From: Archangiaceae bacterium
GTDB taxonomy: Bacteria; Myxococcota; Myxococcia; Myxococcales; Myxococcaceae
Assembly (NCBI GenBank): GCA_043750125.1
Contig: JAYVCD010000168.1
Span: 1-10,980 of the forward strand
Direction of reading: 5' to 3'
DNA length: 10,980 nucleotides
Of this stretch, positions 1 to 7,217 are shown in pieces. The stretch's first letter is position 1. The number at the start of each line of letters is the position of its first letter. The notes under the pieces were generated by a model, which saw nothing but the letters and a program-made list of their open reading frames with translations, had not been told where the DNA came from and did not search any database. Both the position numbers and the translations under genes were made by a program.

Positions 1-98
1 CCGGGCTTTAGGGGGCTCGCGGTTTGATTCTTCCGTTGGCGCACGGTTGAAGCATACTGCCCGTCGCTGGAAACGCTCGAAGCGGATCAAAATCCCGG

Positions 99-617
99 GT
101 GCCCCTCTTGAACCTTCGCTGTCCCTTCATTCGGCCCGTCGCGACCGTGGCGCTGATGGCTGCTCTGCTGCTGCCCGGCCTCGCGCTCGCTTCGGGCTCG
201 TGGGCCGTTCCCCGCTTCACTCCCACCTGGGCCGAGCTCGAGCGCGACCTGCGCTTGCTCGGGCTGAAGAGCAGACCCATCGCCCGACGGCCCCGCCCGA
301 TTGCCCCGGCCGCCGTGGCCGCGACCGCCGTTCCCAACAGCAGCACCGAACCAGTCCCCGTTGCGGGCACCAGTCCCGGCGCTGCTGCTGCCGCCGGAGG
401 GTCCACCGCCGGCACTTCGAACGCTCCGGGCGGTACCGACACCGCGGGCGCCAACGTTCAATGCAAGTGCTCCGAGCCGCCGCCGCCTCCCAAGTGCCCC
501 GAGGTCGCTCCTGCAGCGCCGGCGGTCGCCGACCCGGTGAAGAAGAAAAAGAGACCGTCTGCGCCTGCCGACCCGAAGAAGCTCGATCGCAAGAAATACT
601 GGTGGCAGGAGAATTAA
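99..617 (+). CDS. Hypothetical exported Pro/Ala/Thr-rich protein with Cys motif and basic/aromatic C-terminus
   Basis: GTG at 99 (alternative in-frame ATG at 156) to TAA at 615-617. Signal-peptide-like segment VATVALMAALLLPGLALA, low-complexity linker, CKCSEPPPPPKC, and C-terminal KKLDRKKYWWQEN. GC-rich third positions in this frame. No family recognised. Confidence 0.7.
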   Translation: MPLLNLRCPFIRPVATVALMAALLLPGLALASGSWAVPRFTPTWAELERDLRLLGLKSRPIARRPRPIAPAAVAATAVPNSSTEPVPVAGTSPGAAAAAGGSTAGTSNAPGGTDTAGANVQCKCSEPPPPPKCPEVAPAAPAVADPVKKKKRPSAPADPKKLDRKKYWWQEN

Positions 618-1917
618 CCGCCGGGTTCCGTGGTGGTTTTTAGCGCTCGCTGCCTTCAGCCTGGCTGGAGCCGTCGGCTACACGTTTCTTCCCCTCGAGC
701 CCGGCCGCAGGGCGATCGCCTTCATCGCCCTTCAACTGTTGCTGGTCTTCCCCGCGTGGGCAGCGTGGAAGCTGCGGCCCACCGACGTGCTCGGCCTGGG
801 GTGGATCCTGGCAGCCGCGCTGGTCCTGCGCCTGGCGTGCCTGCCCGGCGATCTGATCTTCGAAAACGACGTCTTTCGCTACCTCTGGGACGCCCGGGTC
901 AGCGCCGAAGGAATCAACCCCTACCGGTACGCCCCCGCTGCCCCCGAGCTTGCCGCGCTGGTCGACGATTGGATTTTCCCCCAGATTCCCTACCGTCAGG
1001 TCCCCACCGCCTACCCCCCGCTGGCTCAGCTGCTGTTTGCATTCGCGCGGAGTCTGTTCGGCGAAAGCGTCTTCGGTCTTCAGGCCCTGATGATCGCCCT
1101 GGATTGCGGCACGGTCTGGGTGCTGTTCCGGTTGGGCCAGAAGCTCGACGCCCCGCGGGCCGCAGCCGTCTATGCCCTGCATCCGTTGGTGCTCAAAGAG
1201 TTCGCCCAGGCCGCCCACATCGACACCGCGGCCGTCCTCCTCGTCACCACCGCCGCCCTGCTCTTGACCGCCCGACGTCCGCGCTGGGCAGCCCTCGCTC
1301 TGGCCTTCGCCACGCTGGTCAAAATCTTTCCCGTATTCCTGCTGCCGGCCGTGGCGCGGCGGCTCGGGTGGCGCAACCTGGGGGTGTACGCCGCGGCCGT
1401 CGGCGCTCCGTTTCTGGGCCTCCTCGCGCTCGGGGTGTGGCCTTTCGGCGGGCTGCAGACTTTCAGCAGTTACTGGATTTTCAACCCCTCGCTCTACGAC
1501 CTGGTCGCGCGGACCCTGGGAATGGGGCTCCCGCCCGAGCAGGCCTTTGCGGTCGCGCGCCCGGTGTGCGGGTTGGTGCTGCTGGGCGCGCTCGCGGTGA
1601 TCTTCGCCCGCACCCGCCCGGCGGAAGATCGATCTGTCCTCGCGGGCATGCTCGCCTGCACGCTGGCGCTGCTGCTGTGCTCGCCGGCCGCGAACCCCTG
1701 GTACATCACCTGGCTGGTTCCCCTCGGGCTGGTGCTGGGCTCGGTGCCCGCGGTGGCGTTCACCTTCCTCGCCTCGCTGGCGTACGGTTTTTATCTGAAC
1801 GGGGAGGACCTTCCGTGGACGCGCCTGCTCGAGTACGGCCCGGTCTACGGACTGCTGGGGCTCGAGCTTTGGCGCCGCCGCAGCCGAGCCCAGGGCCCCG
1901 CGCGTCTGCCCACATGA
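613..1917 (+). CDS. GT-C fold multi-pass membrane glycosyltransferase (GT87/DUF2029, MptB-like); start uncertain, first canonical start is TTG 739
   Basis: Motifs ENDVFRYLWDA...GINPY, PTAYPPLAQLLF, YALHPL..E...AHID, ATLVKIFP, WIFNPSLY and NPWYITW, with many hydrophobic helices. The frame is open from 541 and encodes further TM-like sequence upstream of 739. Stop TGA at 1915-1917. Confidence 0.8.
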   Translation: MNRRVPWWFLALAAFSLAGAVGYTFLPLEPGRRAIAFIALQLLLVFPAWAAWKLRPTDVLGLGWILAAALVLRLACLPGDLIFENDVFRYLWDARVSAEGINPYRYAPAAPELAALVDDWIFPQIPYRQVPTAYPPLAQLLFAFARSLFGESVFGLQALMIALDCGTVWVLFRLGQKLDAPRAAAVYALHPLVLKEFAQAAHIDTAAVLLVTTAALLLTARRPRWAALALAFATLVKIFPVFLLPAVARRLGWRNLGVYAAAVGAPFLGLLALGVWPFGGLQTFSSYWIFNPSLYDLVARTLGMGLPPEQAFAVARPVCGLVLLGALAVIFARTRPAEDRSVLAGMLACTLALLLCSPAANPWYITWLVPLGLVLGSVPAVAFTFLASLAYGFYLNGEDLPWTRLLEYGPVYGLLGLELWRRRSRAQGPARLPT

Positions 1918-1952
1918 AGAAAGAAAAAACGTCGAGCGGATGATCCTCGACG
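1918..1952 (-). terminator. Possible intrinsic terminator facing the minus strand
   Basis: Perfect 7-bp inverted repeat CGTCGAG (1930-1936) / CTCGACG (1946-1952) with a 9-nt loop. The A-rich run 1918-1929 reads as a U-tract after the stem on the minus strand. Confidence 0.35.
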
Positions 1953-2035
1953 GAATGGTGTCGCGGGTGACAGCATGCCGGCGAGGGAAGAGGGTCTTGC
2001 GCCGTCCACGACCTGAAGCGACTGCAGGGGAAAGC

Positions 2036-3286
2036 ATGAAGAACGCAACCAGACTGCTCGCGGCGATTGTGCTGTTCGGATCTTTCGCGGCCTACGCGCA
2101 GGTCAGCGTCGAATACCGGCGCGCCCTGATGGCCCCCTTCCCCGAAGATCGCTGGGACGCGATCTTGAACCTGGCCCGCAGCGAAGGCGAGGTGCGCTGG
2201 TGGATGTGGAACGGGGACAAAAACACCAACGTCTGGGTCGATGAGTTCGCCTCGCGCCAGCTGTTTGAAGTCTACGGAATCAAGTTTCGCCGGGTCGGGG
2301 TCGGACACCCTTCGGTCTTCATGAAGCAGCTCGAAGACGACATGAAGAAGGGCGTGCCCCAGGGGCAAATCGACCTGGTCTGGATCAACGGCGAGAACTT
2401 CCGCGTCGCGCGCAAGAAGGACCTGCTCTGGGGTCCCTTCGCCCACCATCTTCCCAACTTCACCAAGTACGTCGACCCCGCGGCTCCCGACATCGCTTAC
2501 GACTTCGGCTTTCCGACCCAGGGTTTCGAGACCGTCTACAGCCGCGCCCAGCTGGTCTTCTATTACGACAGCGCGCGGGTGAAGGCCCCGCCGACCAACC
2601 TGGTGCAGCTGGTCCGTTGGGTGCGCGAACACCCCGGCCGCTTCACCTACCCCCAGGTCGACGACTACACCGGGTCGGCGTTCGTGCGGAACGTGTTCTT
2701 CCACACCAACACCACCGGCGGGTACCAGAGCTTCCTCAATGGCCCGTTCGACGCCGAGCTGATCTCGAACACCGCTTCGACGACCTGGGCCTACTTGAAC
2801 GGCCTCAAGCCGTACCTGTGGCGGCAGGGAAAGGAATACCCGAAGACGGTCAGCGAGCTCGATGAGCTGTTCCAGAAGGGCGAGATCGATTTCACCATCT
2901 CCTATTCGCCGCTGAAGGGCGCGAACATGATCAAGGTCAACGCCTGGCCCGACACCGTGCGCAGCTTCGTGCTCGCCGAGGGGACGCTGCGAAATGCCAA
3001 TTTCGTCGCCATCCCCTTCAACGCCAAGAACAAGGCGGCCGCGATGGTGCTGGCCAACCTGATCATGTCTCCCGAGTTTCAGATTCTTTCGGGGACGATG
3101 ATGGGCATCGACTACTCGAAGCTGAACGAGAAACAGCAGTCGGTCTACCAGAGCCGGGTCGGCGGTAGCCCTGCAGCACTGCCTCCCGTCGTGCTCGACC
3201 GCCAGGCGATTCCCGAAGTCCCCGAGGAATACGTGCTCGCGATCGAGTCGGGGTGGAAGAAAAACGTCGGCGCCCCCAAGCCCTGA
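2036..3286 (+). CDS. ynjB: ABC transporter periplasmic substrate-binding protein, YnjB family
   Basis: ATG at 2036 with AGGGGA upstream and signal peptide MKNATRLLAAIVLFGSFAAYA (preferred over the ORF-track start at 1940). YnjB-like motifs IDLVWINGENF, GPFAHHLPN, DFGFPTQGFE, AQLVFYYD, PGRFTYP..DYTGSAF and NFVAIPFNAKNKAAAMVLAN. Symbol denotes family, not proven orthology. Confidence 0.85.
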   Translation: MKNATRLLAAIVLFGSFAAYAQVSVEYRRALMAPFPEDRWDAILNLARSEGEVRWWMWNGDKNTNVWVDEFASRQLFEVYGIKFRRVGVGHPSVFMKQLEDDMKKGVPQGQIDLVWINGENFRVARKKDLLWGPFAHHLPNFTKYVDPAAPDIAYDFGFPTQGFETVYSRAQLVFYYDSARVKAPPTNLVQLVRWVREHPGRFTYPQVDDYTGSAFVRNVFFHTNTTGGYQSFLNGPFDAELISNTASTTWAYLNGLKPYLWRQGKEYPKTVSELDELFQKGEIDFTISYSPLKGANMIKVNAWPDTVRSFVLAEGTLRNANFVAIPFNAKNKAAAMVLANLIMSPEFQILSGTMMGIDYSKLNEKQQSVYQSRVGGSPAALPPVVLDRQAIPEVPEEYVLAIESGWKKNVGAPKP

Positions 3287-3359
3287 GCTCCAGCCCCTGC
3301 ACCCTCTGCCCGAAATTCCCGTCGTTCAGATCCGCGTTCACGGGGACGTACCGCCCGAT

Positions 3360-4178
3360 GTGACGGCGTCGTTCATCAGCTGCGGCCTGAAGCCCACCTC
3401 CCAGGCGATGCGGGCGCCTCGGGTGGTTCCGATCGCCGCGCTGGCCACCCAGGTCGACGACGGCACCCCGATCGTGGCCTTGTTCGACGGGAAGATTCAG
3501 CCGGAACATGCCGCGCTGCTGCGAGTGGCCCGGCCTCCGTTGCTGCTGGCTTGCCGGTCGGATGGCAAGCCCAGCCCCTGGGAACTGCGCGCCCTGGCGG
3601 TTCTGCTCGGGGCCGCGCCCCTGACGGCCATCGCCCCGGTGGCCTCGTTTGCCTGGAAGATCGGGGGAATGAACGACCTTCGGGCCCTGGCCCAGGAAGC
3701 CGAGGCGGCGGTGAGAAATGCCGGTGCGGGCTCGGCGGCCGCGGCGATCGTCGCCGACGTGATGTACGAGCTGGCCGCCAACGCCTTGTTCGATGCGCCC
3801 CACACCGACGAAGGTGTGCCGAAGTATGCGCATCAGCGCGGGGTCGAAGTGGAATTCGCAGCCACGGACGCTTGCCGGGCCACCGTGGCGGTTGCAGACG
3901 GCCGGGCCTACCTTTCGGCCACCGATCTGTTCGGGCGGCTCACCGCGGTCCCGATCGCAGCCATGCTCGAGGGCCTGGGCGCCAAGGCGCAGGTCAACAA
4001 ATCTGGAGGGGGAGCGGGGCTGGGTTTGCGCAGGGTGGTCGAGCAGTCGGACCTGTGGGCGGTTCGGGTCTCTCCCTCGGTCGTTACTGAAGTTCTGTGT
4101 GTCGTCGATCTGGGGGATACTCGGCGCCGCGCCGGCAGTCCCAAGTCCTTGTTGTTCACTGCCTTAGCGGGTCGATAG
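3360..4178 (+). CDS. GHKL/HATPase_c domain protein, RsbW/SpoIIAB-like (anti-sigma-type Ser kinase); start could be ATG 3408
   Basis: N-box-like YELAANALFDAP (~3765-3800), G1-like DLFG (3924) and G2 box GGGAGLGL (~4005-4028). No H-box dimerisation domain recognised. Ends 10 nt before the STAS-containing kinase gene. Confidence 0.75.
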   Translation: MTASFISCGLKPTSQAMRAPRVVPIAALATQVDDGTPIVALFDGKIQPEHAALLRVARPPLLLACRSDGKPSPWELRALAVLLGAAPLTAIAPVASFAWKIGGMNDLRALAQEAEAAVRNAGAGSAAAAIVADVMYELAANALFDAPHTDEGVPKYAHQRGVEVEFAATDACRATVAVADGRAYLSATDLFGRLTAVPIAAMLEGLGAKAQVNKSGGGAGLGLRRVVEQSDLWAVRVSPSVVTEVLCVVDLGDTRRRAGSPKSLLFTALAGR

Positions 4179-4188
4179 AGAAAAAAAG

Positions 4189-7100
4189 GTGGCAACAGTC
4201 CGCAGCTCTCATGCTCTGGCAGAACGGTCAATTGTCGGCCCGGTGACGCACGTCCGCATTTCCGGAATCATCGACGAGACCTTTTCGCCCAAGACCATCA
4301 GCGCGGACCTGACCGGCCACGTCATTCTCGACCTCGGGCGGCTCGAACGAATCAGCTCTTTCGGGGTGCGCCAGTGGATGGAATTTACCCGCACCCTTCC
4401 GCCCGGCGCGACCGATTTGTACGTGGTCAATGCGCCTCCGATCGTGGTCGACCAATTGGCGATGGTCGACGGCTTCGCCGGGGTGGCGCGGATCCTCTCG
4501 ATGCTCGCGCCGTACGTGTGCGACGCCTGTGAAGAAGAGCGGGTGCGCCTCATCGACCTGCGCACCGATTCTGCGATCATCGCGGCCAACGAGGCTCCCG
4601 CCCACGTCTGTGGAGTCTGCGGCACCAAGCTGCGCTTCAACGATTCACCGGCCCAATACTTCGCCCACGCCCGACTTCAACCGCTGGTCGACGTAGCGCC
4701 GGCAGTCGACGGATACCTGAACAGCCTGCGGCCGGTGGAAACCGATCTGCCGCAGCAGCACCTGAAAATCGTCGAGGGCGACATCAGCTTCATTCGCCTC
4801 GCCGGAAAGCTCGACCGCGACCTCAACGTCCGGCGCCTCGCCGGAGGCCTGCAGGGACGGGTCGCCTTCGACTTCGCCCACGTCAACGGCATCGACGACG
4901 GTGGCACCACCCAGCTCGCGGCGATGCTCAACGCGGCCGCCAAAGAAGCGGTGGTGTTCTTGTGGCGCGTGCCTCTGTTCATCCTCAAGGCACTGTCCAG
5001 AATTCAGCTGGAAGGAAAAATCGGTCTCGCCACCCTCTGGCTGACCTACGAGTGCCGAAACTGCGGCCAGCGGTTGCCCCAAAGGATGTTGGCTCACGAG
5101 CAGGCGACCAGCCTGGGCGGCGGCGAAATGGAAGAGCGCCCCTGCGGCCTGTGCGGCGGGGCGGCCCGCGCTCCTTCACTGCAGGCCGTTCAGTCCCTGT
5201 TGTTGCGGCTCGCGGTCCACAACGCCCCGTTCGACGAGCTCGACCTGCTCGAGCCGCGCGCGCTCAGCCAGTCGCTCAACAGCATCGCCGGGGTCAAGGC
5301 CGAGCACACCCCGAGCAAGTCGCCGGGAGAACTGCTCGAACAGGTCGTCAGCGAAGGAGTCGCCGGGCCGAAGCTTCAGATTCTCAAGCGCATCGGCCAG
5401 GGCGGCATGGCCGAAGTCTTCCTCGCGCGTCAGCTGGGTCTGAAGGGTTTCGAGAAGTACGTGGTGCTGAAGAAGATTCTTCCCCAGTTCGCCGGGTCTC
5501 AGCACTTCATCGACATGCTCTTCGCCGAGGCCCGTTCCTCCGCGCGCCTGACCCACCCGAACATCGTGCAGATCTACGACGTGGGCGAGCTGCAGGGCAG
5601 CGCCTACATCACGATGGAGCACGTGCGCGGGCCCGACCTGCGGCGGCTGATGGTGCTGTTGAGCAAGGCGAGCCTGAGCCTTCCGCTCGAGCACTCGCTG
5701 CGCATCGTCTCGGAAATTGCCGCCGGCTTGAACTACGCGCACAGCTACGTGGATCCCACCGGGGCTCCCCACCCCGTGATTCACCGCGACGTGAGCCCCC
5801 ACAACATTTTGATCTCGCTCGATGGCGCGATCAAACTGTCGGACTTCGGCATCGCCAAAGCGCTGGGCGAAAGCGAGACCACCCAGCCGGGAATGATCAA
5901 GGGCAAGGTCGCCTACATTCCTCCCGAGTCGGTGAAGGGCGAGCCGGTCGATGGCCGCGGCGACGTCTTTTCCCTCGGCGTCGTCCTCTTCGAGCTGCTG
6001 ACCGGAAAGACTCCTTTCCGCCGCGAGAGCGACGTTGCGACCCTGCAGGCGATCGTCACGATGCCCCCGCCGAACCCGGTGCTGCTCAACCCCAAGATTC
6101 ACCCCAGCATCGCAGCGGTGATGCTCAAGGCTTTGGAAAAGCAGCCCGAGAACCGGTTCCAGACGGCGGGCGAGTTTCGCCTCGAGATCGAAGAGGTGAT
6201 GAGCAAGAACGGCCTGCGTTCGGCACCCGACCGGGTCGCCGACTACTTCAAGGAAAAGCTGGGCGACAACGTGGTCGAGTTCCGGATCGCCGCGCCGGTG
6301 AACCTGGCCACTCCCAGCGGCTCGCCCCCCAAACCCGGGCACGTGAGCAAGACCGCCGTCCCCCCGCCGCTGCCTTCTCCTGAGGCCCCGGGGACCAACA
6401 GTCCCGGAACCAACGACAGCATCTCGCTGGTCTTCGAAGAGTTGTTGCCCGGACACATCGACGAATCGACGAAGACTTCCGCCCCCAACCTGAACGCGGT
6501 CGGGTTGCCCACCCCGGCGCCGATCGTGAAGAGCTCGGCCCCCAGTCCGGTTCCGAAGAATCGGCAGGTCCCCTGGATGTCGGCCGCCTCGAGCCAGAAA
6601 CTGGTGGCGCTCAAAGCGGCGATCGAGGCGCCGCCGGCCGCCGCACATCCGCTCGACGAGCCCGACACCGGCCCCGGGCTGATCACGACGGTGAAGAAGA
6701 AGCGAGGGTGGATTGGTGCCGCGGCAGCCGCCGGCCTGGCCTTCCTCGCAATCGTCGGAGTGGTGCGCGCCACCACCGGCCTGGTGGAAGTCGTCAACCT
6801 CGCCGCCGATGAACGGGTCTACCTCAACGGGCTGCGCGTCGACGCCACCCAGATTTCTCCCGACAAAAGCGGCGAGATGGTGCTGGCGATCGCCAAAGAT
6901 GGAATTCTGAAGCGGTTCGGAAAGATCAAACGCTCGCGCAGCATCGATTCAGACTCGCTGCCCCTGGCCCGCGCCGACCTGAAAGATCGCGCCAACCTCT
7001 GGGTGGGCAGTGACCCCAAGGGCTGCGAAGTGATGGTCGACGGAGCGCACACCCTGACCACCACTCCGCTGGCGATGGAAATCAAGGCGGGTCAGGAGCT

Positions 7101-7209
7101 GCTGGTGGAAGTGATGTGCCCCGGCTTGCCTCGTCGCACCCAGTGGGTGCTGGCGGCGCCCGGGCAGGAAGTGCAGGTCTCGGCCCGGATGTTCGACGAG
7201 CACCGCTGA
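4189..7209 (+). CDS. Membrane Ser/Thr (Hanks) protein kinase with two N-terminal STAS-like plus Zn-ribbon modules and a C-terminal PEGA-like region
   Basis: STAS-like VRISGIIDE..LDLGRLERISSFGVRQW followed by CDAC/CGVC. Second copy IRLAGKLDR..FDFAHVNGIDDGG followed by CRNC/CGLC. Kinase motifs GQGGMAEV, VVLK, HRDVSPHN (5782), DFG (5842), YIPPE, DVFSLG. Pro-rich linker, KKKR then TM helix (6709-6765), and PEGA-like LWVGSDPKGCEVMVDG..TTP. Confidence 0.92.
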   Translation: MATVRSSHALAERSIVGPVTHVRISGIIDETFSPKTISADLTGHVILDLGRLERISSFGVRQWMEFTRTLPPGATDLYVVNAPPIVVDQLAMVDGFAGVARILSMLAPYVCDACEEERVRLIDLRTDSAIIAANEAPAHVCGVCGTKLRFNDSPAQYFAHARLQPLVDVAPAVDGYLNSLRPVETDLPQQHLKIVEGDISFIRLAGKLDRDLNVRRLAGGLQGRVAFDFAHVNGIDDGGTTQLAAMLNAAAKEAVVFLWRVPLFILKALSRIQLEGKIGLATLWLTYECRNCGQRLPQRMLAHEQATSLGGGEMEERPCGLCGGAARAPSLQAVQSLLLRLAVHNAPFDELDLLEPRALSQSLNSIAGVKAEHTPSKSPGELLEQVVSEGVAGPKLQILKRIGQGGMAEVFLARQLGLKGFEKYVVLKKILPQFAGSQHFIDMLFAEARSSARLTHPNIVQIYDVGELQGSAYITMEHVRGPDLRRLMVLLSKASLSLPLEHSLRIVSEIAAGLNYAHSYVDPTGAPHPVIHRDVSPHNILISLDGAIKLSDFGIAKALGESETTQPGMIKGKVAYIPPESVKGEPVDGRGDVFSLGVVLFELLTGKTPFRRESDVATLQAIVTMPPPNPVLLNPKIHPSIAAVMLKALEKQPENRFQTAGEFRLEIEEVMSKNGLRSAPDRVADYFKEKLGDNVVEFRIAAPVNLATPSGSPPKPGHVSKTAVPPPLPSPEAPGTNSPGTNDSISLVFEELLPGHIDESTKTSAPNLNAVGLPTPAPIVKSSAPSPVPKNRQVPWMSAASSQKLVALKAAIEAPPAAAHPLDEPDTGPGLITTVKKKRGWIGAAAAAGLAFLAIVGVVRATTGLVEVVNLAADERVYLNGLRVDATQISPDKSGEMVLAIAKDGILKRFGKIKRSRSIDSDSLPLARADLKDRANLWVGSDPKGCEVMVDGAHTLTTTPLAMEIKAGQELLVEVMCPGLPRRTQWVLAAPGQEVQVSARMFDEHR

Positions 7210-7217
7210 AGCGGCGA

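Noticed and set aside
36-58. Sigma54-like TGGCGC-N4-TTGA or sigma70-like CATACT promoter
   Set aside because: The GG-N10-GC spacing and the -12 GC are not met, and there is no convincing -35 at the proper spacing.
1940-2035. 32-aa N-terminal extension of the YnjB-like protein (possible Tat-like RR motifs)
   Set aside because: ATG 2036 has an RBS and a clean Sec signal peptide. The extension lacks a Tat consensus and overlaps the intergenic hairpin.
630-2037. Long alternative ORFs 630..1943 (+) and 640..2037 (-)
   Set aside because: These are Arg/Pro/Gly-rich shadow frames overlapping the motif-bearing GT-C gene, as expected in high-GC DNA.
4181-4187. A7 tract before the large kinase as a phase-variation or frameshift fusion site
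   Set aside because: It lies after the TAG stop of the GHKL gene, so it cannot fuse the frames. It is short and more simply an unstructured translation-initiation region.
5782-5930. Kinases as pseudokinases because of HRDVSPxN (no Lys) and PPE instead of APE
   Set aside because: The catalytic Lys, alphaC Glu, HRD Asp, Asn and DFG are all present, and HRDxSPxN is a common variant in myxobacterial kinases.
4962-6648. Long alternative ORFs 4962..6383 (+) and 5176..6648 (-)
   Set aside because: They lie entirely within the kinase gene and show no motifs. The minus ORF is the usual antisense mirror of GC3-biased codons.
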